Origin: Cenococcum geophilum
Taxonomy: Eukaryota
Direction of reading: 5' to 3'
DNA length: 64,000 bases
Assembly (NCBI GenBank): GCA_050273025.1
Contig: CP158636.1
Coordinates: forward strand, 6,014,001 to 6,078,000
Shown: piece by piece, positions 49,406-60,301 of the stretch
Numbering within the stretch: position 1 is the first letter of the stretch
How the letters are laid out: every line of letters begins with the position of its first letter
Translations under genes and position numbers: made by a program
Notes under the pieces: generated by a model
Seen by the model: the letters and a program-made list of their open reading frames with translations, nothing else
Database searches by the model: none
What the model was told of the DNA's origin: nothing

Positions 49406-50871
49406 TATTACGTATTTCCTAATCTATACGTCTACTGATTAGTATCGGTATACTTGCTTTATCAACGTGCACAAATATCACTTATAGTAGTACGTATGCG
49501 GTGTTGAAGTTAGTAGTTAATTGTTGTCTAGAAGAAAGGGGTTGCTCTAAGGTTAGACAGTTAGTCTCGCTTCATAGTCCCGTGACTACATCACGTGATT
49601 AATGTTCCGACAGTTATTTATTTACCTTATTTAGAGGGCTAATTAACTAGCAATTTATAAAGTAGAAGTTAGTAATAAAATTAAGCATAAAAGCAGAGCT
49701 CCTAGCCCTATTACATACAGCTACTAAGTTAATTTAGTAGTAGCGATTCTTTAAAGAAATTGGATTTAACCCTAATAAGAAGCAAATAATATATTGTAAT
49801 AACCTGTAAATAATTTAACTACTTACTAAAAGCAACATAGAGCTTAATACTAAGCTTTAATACGTTAATATCTATTACTACTAGCTCCGCTAGGAAGTTT
49901 ATAAAGAAAGCATTAATATTAAATAGGTACCTACTATAGATATAATAGCAAACGGCCTAATAAAGGCTCTGCCTTATTAAAAGCATAAGATATTTATTTA
50001 GTAATTAAACCTCGTTAATATTAAGGATCTAATTTAATTTAATTTAAATAATATTTAGGTAAGGTAAATATATAGAGGATTTCCTTTAACTTAACACCAA
50101 ATTGCTATTATAACTTTTTAGTATTTTCTACAGCAGCCTAAAAGGCTCTATATAGCTGGGGGGGTGTATTAACCTGAATCGAAGTTCCTTACTACTATTG
50201 TAATACTGTTTGACGACCTAGATCGTCTATACGAACTATGTCTTAGTTGTCTCGTATCTTAAGCTCGTATGTCTTATTAAACGTCTCATTACCTATTTCT
50301 CTTAACTATGACCTACTACATGACGACGTCGTCGTCATTGTATTTGGGACCTACCTGATGTATATAAGAGAGCTTCTAGAGCCCTCTTTAATAAAACAGA
50401 GTTCTCATTCCTGATCGTCCGTTCAACAACTACCGACGGAAACTTCTTTACCATGCTCGGCGTGCTGGAGCACCCTTTCTCCCGAGGTTCCGTACATATC
50501 CAATCCACCGATCCAGCGACATATCCGCAAATTGATCCGCGGTATCTATCACACCCGTTCGATCTCAAGGTCCTCAGCAAAATTGCACTGCATCTCCAGG
50601 AGGTCGCAAAAACCGCGCCCTTGAGCAATCTCCTCAAAGGAAATGGGACAGTCTACCAGCCGGGTTATTTCAAGCTAAACGACAGCAATGTAGACGATTG
50701 GGTGAGGCAGTACCTTCAAAGCGAGTATCATCCAGCGGGCACCTGTTCAATGATGCCGCGGGATATGGGAGGGGTTGTGGATGCAAAATTTAAAGTATAC
50801 GGTGCGGAGAATTTAAGGGTGATTGAGTGTCTTTCCTTTACTTCCGAGAGGCAATTTGCAGACGCTGGTAT

Positions 50872-53800
50872 TGTCAGATAATCTGTATTCTCTGGTGGCG
50901 TAGACCGTGCACGAGTCACGTGCACGGGGCACCTGCATTGTAAATCTCTTCATCGTAGCTCGAGGGCCCCAGGTCATCAAATCAACCTCAAGACAAGATC
51001 ATTAATCAATCAACCCATTTCATCAATGAATAGCTCTATATGAGTTATCTAACAGTTATAAGCCCGGTCCGCCGACTTAAGAAGCTATTCAGCTATTACT
51101 CAATTATTTGAAGAAATTCTACCTCATCGTCAGACTCTGACCCCTCATCGTCAAGGACGCAGACCCTGACAGAAATTCTACCTCAATCGTCGCAGGACGA
51201 TCCTGACAACAAGGACGCTCTTGACGACAAGGACGCTCCTGACGACAAGGACGCTCCTGACGACAAGGACGATCCTGACGACAAAATACCATCTCAATTC
51301 CTCCTTTGCCTATCAGTCAAATGACTCCACCGTTAAGTTCGTTAATTACGATCATCCTTAATAAGCCAGAAGACTGGGAACAATGGCTATAGCAGCTCCG
51401 AGCCCTCGTAAATTAGCAAATTTAGGCCCACGTTAACCCAGCCACAGAAGCACCTTAAGAAGGTCTACTTATGAAACCACCTCATCTAAAGGTTATAGAT
51501 TTTAATGAGAATGCAACCTTATATATACAGCTCTCGATAAATCAACAGAAAGCGTATAAGAATAGTAGATAATACTACGACTAGGATATAAAGTATTTCC
51601 TAAGATAGGAAGATCATCTTTAATAGATCCGTACCTAAATTACGTCCACAGTATCAACTTAGAAGAAGCTACTGCTCGACCCTTCCCTTATAGTTAAGGA
51701 ATGGCTAACTCGGTTAAAAGAAGACACTAAGCCCTTAAGGAACTTTATAATAAGGAAGGTACAGCTATAATATACAGATTCGCTTAGGGGTCTTAAGCAG
51801 GCAAAAATTACCTAATAGCTTGACCAATGGGAGTATATAATAAAGATGGCTGAGAAGTATAATCTTCTATAAATAACTAACGGGATCTAGCTAATGGACC
51901 TTATAAATGCAATACGACCTATAAGCGAAACCTATTTTGTTCTATATATAAAGCAGGCAGATAATACTAAAAAGGCTTACTTATTAGGATATTGTAAAGT
52001 AGTAATAGAGCTATAAGAAGCATTCCAAAACCTTTCTAAAGCCATACCTATAACGGTAAGAGGGAGTGCATTTAACGTAGACTTTATAGGAAGATCTAAA
52101 GAGGATACCTCCGCTACTAAAGGTCTAAAAGGGAAAAGGAAAAGCTTATCTTATAGCCAAAAAAGGGCAGGGACAAATTTGATTAAAGAAGAGATATCTT
52201 CTTCTAAAAGGTTAAAGAACCTTAAATGCCCGGCATATAATATAAGGGGGTATACTCTTCCTAACTGTTAGTACCTATTTAAGTGTAAAAGGCCTAAGGG
52301 ATTTAAAGCCGTAGATATATATATAAAAAGGGTGCTTATAAAGGTAAAGCAGGATAAGGATCTAGCTGCCTAAGTAAAATAACTTAAGCTTAAGGAAACA
52401 AATGCTAATAAAGCTTAATAACGACAGGATGAGAGTTAAAAAGTTAAGATTAAGGGAGAAGCTAATATAATATTCCTAGAATTGTATTATACTAGTTAAC
52501 TCCATCTACTAAAGCTATTAACTATTTTTAACTTAGGAACCACTTTCTATATCTTTAATAACCTCTCTCGTTTTTATAATTTTAAGAAAGCTTTAAGATA
52601 TAAATATATTATTGCAGGCAGCTTAAAAGTCCCTATACTAGGCTACGGTAATATTACTATCTAAGTTATAAAACCAGATAAGAGTAAGGGAAGCCTACGT
52701 CTTAAGGACGTTGCCTTTTATACGGACTTTAATACAAATCTAGTGTTATTCCGTTTACTTTAAAAATAAGGGTACTACTAGGATAATAAAGGAGATAACA
52801 ATCTTCTTGTTTGAAAGGATAACACAATCCTATATTAAATGGAAGAACGTCACGGATAATAGACTATTAAATACGTCCAATTAGGAAACTTAAAATCCGC
52901 ATTTAATATTAGCCGTTTAACGCGCCGTTAACAGAAGCGGATATCGTTAAGAGACCTTTATCTAGATTTAAAAGGTAATACACGACTATAGCATCTACGT
53001 CTAGGTTATTTAGGACCTATAAGCCTTTATTATCTAGGTTTTAACACCCTAGGAGTTAAGCTTTAAGGCCTAAAGATAACGGAATGTTAACATTACAGTC
53101 TCGCCAAAATTAAGCGTTAGGTCTTAAAAAGGTTCTTAGAATAGAAAATTAATAAACCCTATCTTAACCTCTATATTGACTAGACTAACCTTAAGAAAGC
53201 GTATACCGGATTTATACGAGTTATACTTATCTATAACACCTACTTAGGAAGATCCTTCCTGTACTTTATAACGACGCATAGTAAGAAAAAGGAGACACTA
53301 TAAATGCTTAAAGATTTTATCTAGTGGATTCGTCTAAGGTATAACCTTAAGGTTAATACTATTAGATCAGACAACGAGCTAGGGAGAAGGAGAACCCTTA
53401 AATAGCTACGGATTTAAGGGATTATATTTAAGCCTTTAGCGCTATATACCTAAGCTTAGAATAGTACCGCCAAACGCTTAGGGGGTATAATTATTGAGAG
53501 AGTATAAATAATGAGAATTGCTGCTAATCTACTATATAACCTATGGAACGAGATAGTTAACTATACAGTCTACCTTTAAGATTGAACGCTACGGGAAAGC
53601 AACGGTTAGATATCGCCATATAAGAGGTTCTATACCTTCCTAGCTAATAGGAGATTAAGAAAGCCGCAACTAGCGTACCTAAAAGCCTACGGCTATAGGG
53701 CATACGCGATAACGTCGGACGCCTAGCTAAGGAAGAAAAGGCTAAGTAAGCTAGATCCACGAGCCTATATTGGCTATCTTATTAGCTATAACTCTACTAA

Positions 53801-56454
53801 TATCTATAGGATCTGGATCCTATATAAGGGTATCGTCATCTCTATAAGGGATATTATCTTTAATAAAAAGATGTTCTTTAACGGTAAGCAAACGGATATC
53901 TTAGAGAACTTATACGCTAAATTAGACACGCTAATTAAGAAGATTTAACTTCCTAATACCCTAACTAAGAATAAGGTTCTTTTGGAAGATAATAAAGAAG
54001 TATTTAAACCGTTAATTTAAGAGGAAGACAACGACGTTAATGAGCCTGTTTAAACCTTTAATAAGTTAGCCGATCTTAAGCTTATAAGAGCTCTTAAAGA
54101 TATATATTATATGCCACCTCTAACAGAAGAAGACAAAGAATCTCCATATGCCTTTTATATTAAGTACCCTATAAGGTTAGATATACCAGATTAGGACATT
54201 ATCCAATAAAAAGGAGACGGGTTTAATACTTAGGGGGTGTTTAACGACTCGGTTAAAGACTTATTTAAGGAAGCCTGCGATAATAGGTTTAAAGACTTTA
54301 TTACTAAAAGGATTACATTAGCCTATTACGGCGCCTTCTTAGTAGGACGGAAGTTTAACCTTAATAGTCGACTTAATAATAGTAAGCTAAAATTAGGTAG
54401 AATACGCGATATTAGATTATATAGGAAGAACTTACCTTTGCTACCTTAGTTAATCTAAGACCTTAATACGCACCCTCTTTAAGATTAGTTCTAAGAGGCT
54501 TAATAAGCCTACCTCCAATCTTATTATTAAATAAGGTTATTTTAAGAAATAGATAAGAAGTATATAAGGGGATAGCAGGTCCTCAGCTTAATGTAGATCT
54601 TTATCTATAAGACGGATAAGTATAGGTTTCTCCAAAAATGCAAGGCACGCTTAGTAGTTTACGGAAATTAATAGGCCCTAGGAGACCTACCTACGAGAGC
54701 TACTATATTAGCTAGTATAACCTTTTAAACCCTTATAGCGATTACTGCAAAATTTAACCTAGAGACGATATAAATAGATATAGTTAATACGTTTATCTAT
54801 TACAATCTCAACAAGGTCGTCTATATAAAGCTACCACTAGGGTTTAATAAAGAAAAGATAGATAAAGTACTGCGCTTAAAAAAGGCCCTTTACGGACTAT
54901 AATAATTACCACTATTATAGCAGAAGAATCTTATAAGCTTGCTAATAGAATTAGGTTTTAAAGAGGTACCCTAAAAGCCGTATATTATGCTAAAAGGTAA
55001 AATAGTCGTCTTCTTCTACGTCGACGATATTGTCTTCTGCTACCGTAAGATAGACGAGAAGAAAGCTTAAGAAGCGATTAAGGAGCTAAGTAAGGAATAC
55101 CAGATGAGTATCCTTGGCGAGCTAAAATAGTTCCTAGGAATCTATATGCTATATAATCGTAGCTAGAGGCTCCTATAGCTATCCTAGGAAGCCTATATTA
55201 AGAAGATAGCTAACTAGTATAAGATAGATCTTACAGGGCGTCTTTTAGATACTCCTATAGCAGAATCTAAACTCCTCCCTACTAATTACTAATTAATCTA
55301 TTTAACGCTTCCGACCCCTAATATAGACCTACTAGTCCATCCTAAGTCCCTATTAAGAGAAGCAGCTTTTACAATGCTATATTAGAGAAAAATAGGTTTA
55401 ATACTTTATACAGCCACTATAACGCGTCCGGATATTGCTTTTACAGTATTACGGCTAGCAAGGTTTAATTAGAACCCTAGCTAGGAGCACTATTAAGTGG
55501 TAGATAGAGTTATCTAATACCTATATAGTATAAGGGGCAGAGCAATCTACTATAGAAGAGATACGGAAGGAATAAACGGTAGAGGAAGAGATATAAGCGA
55601 CAAAGGTCAAGATAACGGAGACGGTAGAGGTAAAGCGCAATCATTTATCTATGCTAGCGATACATTATTCGCGGACAACTCTATTAATAGAAAGAGCTCG
55701 CAAGGATATATTATAAAGCTATTTAGGGGACCAATTATATAGAGAGCGAATAAGCAGGATATAGTAATAACGTCAAGCACAGAAGCTAAGTTATTAGCCC
55801 TATCTCAAACAGCACAGGAAGCTATCTTTATTAGTAGGCTATTTAAAGCAATAACGTTATAGCTAAACGAGCCCTTAATTATTAACTGCGACAACACCTA
55901 AATACTCCAACTAATTATAAAAGACACGGCAAAACTAATTACGAAGCTCCGATACGTTAATATCTATTAACACTAGCTACATTAGGAATACGCAAGGAGA
56001 TAAGTATTATTTTAATAGACAGCGACGAAGGAAATAATCGCTAATGGACTTACGAAGGCCCTGCCCAAGCAGAGGTTTTAAAGCTTTGTTAATATAATCA
56101 GGATAGTAAATATTAAGGAGCGGCTGAATAAGGAGAAGCAACTAGAGAACCTACGGGAGAAGGTTAGGGTAAGACGGAAGGATTCAGATAAGATTATGGT
56201 TTATTTAACGTATTAACGGACACAAGAAGGTGGTTAGCTTCGTCCTCAACCAGGTCAAAGCTAAGGGGGTATGTCAGATAATCTGTATTCTCTAGTGGCG
56301 TAGACCGTGCACGAGTCACGTGTACGGGGCACCTGCATTGTAAATCTCTTCATCGTAGCTCGAGGGCCCCAGGTCATCAAATCAACCTCAAGACAAGATC
56401 ATCAATCAATCAACCCATTTCATTAATGAATAGCTCTATATGAGTTATCTGACA
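50872..56454 (+). mobile_element. Ty1/Copia LTR retrotransposon C (RIP'd)
   Basis: 183-bp LTRs 50872-51054 and 56272-56454 (5 transition differences); TSD GGTAT; PBS-like GTTATAAGCCC; PPT AAGGGGG; intact FFYVDDIV at about 55011; RKSSQGY RNase H. Confidence 0.95.
51196..51285. repeat. 18-bp tandem repeat x5 (GACGMTCCTGACGACAAG) in the Copia C leader
   Basis: Five consecutive near-identical 18-mers. Confidence 0.9.
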
Positions 56455-56966
56455 GGTATACGCCCTTGCTGAGCGGGCAGCTGACTGGATTAAGGAAGAC
56501 GCAAGGGGTTTATAACAGGGTTACTACTAATATTTTAAATATGGATTTTAAGATATTAGATTCTAAATACCATGTTCTTGCAAACTCCTTAGAGACACCT
56601 AATGGTAAAGTTCCAGGTCTATTCCTCACTTCCGCGGAAACACATATATGGGGAAGGCTGAAGCGATTGTGGCGCATAAACTGTGGCGTCCACGCAGGGG
56701 AGTTTTGCACATTTGAGCGTTGTAGTTACTCAGCACCAGGCAACACTCACTCGAAGGCCATGCCGCCCTAGAATAAATCTTTTTGTAACATATGAAAAAC
56801 TGAAGCTTTGAAGTTTAAGTGCCAATAGAATTGCTACGTCTTTAAAGAATCCGATCTTTTTGTGCGATCACAAAGAAATACGACACTGTCAAACGTTTCA
56901 GGGAAATAGCAGAGGAGATATTGCCAGATCGTCGGTCAACGACACTCCTAGACCGTACCAACTAGT

Positions 56967-59523
56967 ATGATGGACCTTCCTATTCATTTTAATGAATTAC
57001 TCAGCCTGAAAGCACCTTCGTCGCCATCATCGGGAGTAGAGCAGCACTTTTCAGTCCCACTTACGTACCCGCTCATGCAAGCTAAAAGATCCGAATCTCA
57101 GTCTGCGGACCTCCCGACCTCTAAGACAACGAGTAGGCGGGATAAGGCCAGTACGGATGACGGTGTTCAGAGTAATTACTTGGTGGAGAGTTTGGTGTGG
57201 CCAGAAGGCGACAACGAACCCCCGCCTCTCTCCACCTCCAGTAGCCACTCACCGGAGTGTGACTTCTCTCCTGAAACGGAAGTTTTAGACCTCTCGGATT
57301 CTGGCGATGGATTTTTTCAATTTGACAGTGCGAGATCATCTGAGCTGACTTGGACGGACGGTATGGGCCAATCCGATAGTAGAATGGTCACGAGACTTGC
57401 TAACCGCAAAGCATAAGATCCTAGGTCACTTTCTAGGTCAACAACTCCAACAGGCGTCAGACCTGACAACCGAATTAGCAGGATCAATCTTAAGGAACCG
57501 TTATCTAAACAGGACCTTTGGCCGACTACGGAGAGACCGGGGATCACCGGAAAACTCCTACCCAAATACATTTTTGATTCAGAATCAACCCTCATCCCAA
57601 AGGTAGACGACTGGAAGCTCTGTTGCCAATCAAGTAACCTAAATCTAATCCCACCCAATTCCCCTAATCGGGAGTCTGGCTCTGAATTATCATCTATGGT
57701 CGAGTCCTGGGTTACGACTACGGACTTTGATTGTATAAAATCCCTAGATCCGGATCAACTCGACCCAGCAAGTTTGGAACAGCCAGTGTCAGCTCCACGA
57801 AGAGACCCTTTGTATCTAGAAAAAGGAAGTGAGTTGGAGTGTGCAGCATCAGAGCCAGAAGCCAAGAGCGACCCTAATGCTTCAGAGGAAGAAAGCGAAA
57901 CTTTCGATTCATCCTCTGATGACGAGACGCTATGCAGTGAGTGTGTTGACCTCGAAACACTTCCAAATTCGCATAAAAGGGATGTCCTTGAGAAGATTCT
58001 GTCACCATTGAAACAAAAACTGGTTGACCGAGTGATGGGCGAACTCTCTTTCACCTTCGGTGACCGCTTCGGCGCGATAAGCTGTAACCCTGGGGGCAAT
58101 TCGTCGTCTTTCCAAAATGCTGCTACATCAAATGCTTCATCGGGTGGAAACTCATACGGCCGTTTCAGGGGTAGTAGAAAACGTACCAGAGACGAATCGG
58201 ACTCACTATCACCTAACGACGATTGGGATGACAAAGACGAGCATTCGGGACCAGAAAGTATGTCTCAAAAGAGCCAACTAAGTACTCCACAGAAGTTCGC
58301 TTGCCCGTATTTTAAACGGAGCCCTAGAAAACACCAACAATATGGGTCATGTAGTGGACCTGGTTGGGATACTGTGCATAGATTGAAGTAAGTAGATGTT
58401 TCCTTCCTTTATTAATACAAACATTTATAGTCTATAGACAGCATTTATATCGAAGGCATGCTTTGCCAATCCAGTGCGCTAGATGTGCACTAAAATTCGA
58501 CACCGACACGTCGTTAAAAGAACATCAAAGAAGGCCAGAAGGATGTGAGGTCCGCGAAGAGGGCCCAAAGGAAGGGTTTGATAAGGAGCAAGAGAAAAGA
58601 CTCAGAAGCAGAAAAAGACCTCCGATAGGCCAAACTGAAATAGAAAAGTGGAACGCGGTCTATCTCATTTTGTTTCCGGAAGACGATAAAATACCATCAC
58701 CATGTAAGACAAGTCCTTTGGTGATGGCAGTGCAAATGACTAACGAGATTCAGTTTATGACTACGACCAGGAGTCTCTTGAAAAGAGCCGGAAATCCCCA
58801 ATCTCGGATGAGTTTGCAGAATTCGAAGAATACTCCAGGCGCGAGCTCCTTGGGCGTGTCCGCCAGCAGCTCGAGCTCATCGTGGAGAAGGAATCACAGC
58901 CGCTAGAGGAACGGCTTAAGGGCCAAGTCATCGAGATCGTCCGCAGCTGCCATGCGGACATTTTCTCTTCTTACCAGCGCTCCAAGCGCTCGAGCACGTC
59001 CATGAACTCGGAGCTTCGGACATCGGTGGATTCATCTGCCAATACTAGAGCAACGGACTTAGACACCGAGTTTGAGGATAAGCTTTCCCCGCTTTTTAAG
59101 CCCCCTCCTTTGATGATGCATGGCCATATCGATCTGCATTTTCAAGCAAACACACAGGGAAATATACGCGGTATGGCTGCTACTCAGAGCCAGAGCCAAT
59201 CTTCAGACTCCGCCTACGGTTCGAACGCTCCGGTGTCGTACCAGGAAGGAATGAACGGAAAGAGTCTTGCCATTAGCCCCATAGCCTCAAGCAGCTCAGA
59301 TAGTCGAGAATGGCATATGGATGAGGCTGGATTCGGACCAGAGTCTTTATGCAACAAGGAATTCGAAGACTTTGAGAATAACATCCTGAAGGAGACGTCG
59401 AGTCCAATTGAGTGGCCAGTCTTTGATGATACGGTTATAGGGGGGTTTCCGGCATCGAACGTCTCCGACGATATCAATTTCTTCAATTTTGACGGGCCAT
59501 TATCAGGCCTTTTGGAGCCGTAA
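56967..59523 (+). CDS. C2H2-like zinc-finger protein with one in-frame TAA at 57414 (pseudogene, or true start at 57696)
   Basis: ORFs 56967 and 57696 share a frame, separated only by TAA. FACPYFKRSP..CSGPGWDTVHRLK|QHLYRRH, QCARC..LKEHQR, KWNAVYLILFP; introns 58388-58437 and 58704-58753. Confidence 0.75.
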
Positions 59524-60301
59524 CCACTCGTTACCGCGTGTAGAAAACAATATACAGACTTGTATAGCCTGGTCAAGTGGTCGCTGAGAAGGGGCGAAGA
59601 ATAATGAGAGGCTGAATTCCGGGGCGGTGGAGAATGTAAAGCATAGGAATGGTATCTACAACAAATCCCATTGTACACAGGCGTGACGAGTAGGGGTTGG
59701 GTGAGCCCTGGCGGATTAGAGTTAACAGCTTCCGTCAATTGATTTTTCCTATTACACTCTTGTCCTAGAACGGGTAGTCTTTTACTTCTGAATCCCCTGC
59801 GTTCTGAGGACTACGTTAAGTACTATTTGTAAACCGAGCATATTATAAGTGTATTGTGAAAGACAAGAACGCTCCTTCACATCATCAAGAGAAATTTACT
59901 AAGCTTCTTCGACATCTTTGGTGTGGAAACCCCATTTTAGTTGTAATTTGTCTTCGGTGTCGTCTCCGTGTTTTTAAGGAAACGACCCGTGAGATGCGCG
60001 AATCCGTTTGACTAACTAGGATCCTGTACGGATAAAACAATGCAATTTTTGAAGCTCTTAGAAGCCTAGAGACAATATGTGAGCATGAATAAGTAGTGAT
60101 GAAGATTAGGCAGGGGCGGATCGGGCGGCATGAAGCGAGGTCGCATCTCGCGAATCTTTCTCGCGACGCGCCTGCGCTTCCATAAAACATCTTAACTACC
60201 ATTCACGCCTAACTACATGCTGTTCCTCCTGCCAAAGCTTGTAGATATGTGCCTAGTTCCTAAAAAAATATTGAATTGAGATTAATCTGGACAGTCGTGC
60301 C

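Larger units (their letters stand above)
43392..49612 (-). mobile_element. Copia-type LTR retrotransposon B (QTDD-type RT), nested in the RNase H region of element A
   Basis: 170-bp LTRs 43392-43561 and 49443-49612; TSD GTTAT; minus-strand remnants CYICKKEDC knuckle, I.I(D)TGA protease, KPLYGVP.AGN.WF and GL*TNNILFL (de-RIP GLQTDDTLFL). Confidence 0.93.
38425..50428 (+). mobile_element. Ty1/Copia LTR retrotransposon A (RIP'd), host of two nested elements
   Basis: 262-bp LTRs 38425-38686 and 50167-50428; TSD ACTAC; PBS-like GTTATAAGCC; G-rich PPT at 50158-50164; IN-RT-RH order with degenerate QNGPAE, ALYGL, FFYINNI (=YVDD) and RKS.EGY. Confidence 0.95.
33585..56515 (+). pseudogene. Secreted GMC oxidoreductase (CAZy AA3-like) split by transposon insertions
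   Basis: Signal-like MWGISRVLLFSQ; VIVGGGTAGL, VLEAG, RGKQLGGSSAIN, VGENLQDH (33585-35000); in-frame island 38307-38424; HPFSRGSVHI, YHPAGTCSM (50434-50871); YALAERAADWIK-stop (56460-56515). An apparent 5-bp deletion frameshifts LRVIDASVFP at about 50825. Confidence 0.93.

Noticed and set aside
51196..51285. CRISPR-like array
   Set aside because: Contiguous 18-mers without spacers, inside a retroelement in a eukaryotic genome.
59760..59815. Hairpin with GTCTTTTAC resembling U5 snRNA loop 1
   Set aside because: The loop differs from the invariant GCCTTTTAC, the closing stem is poor and there is no convincing Sm site.
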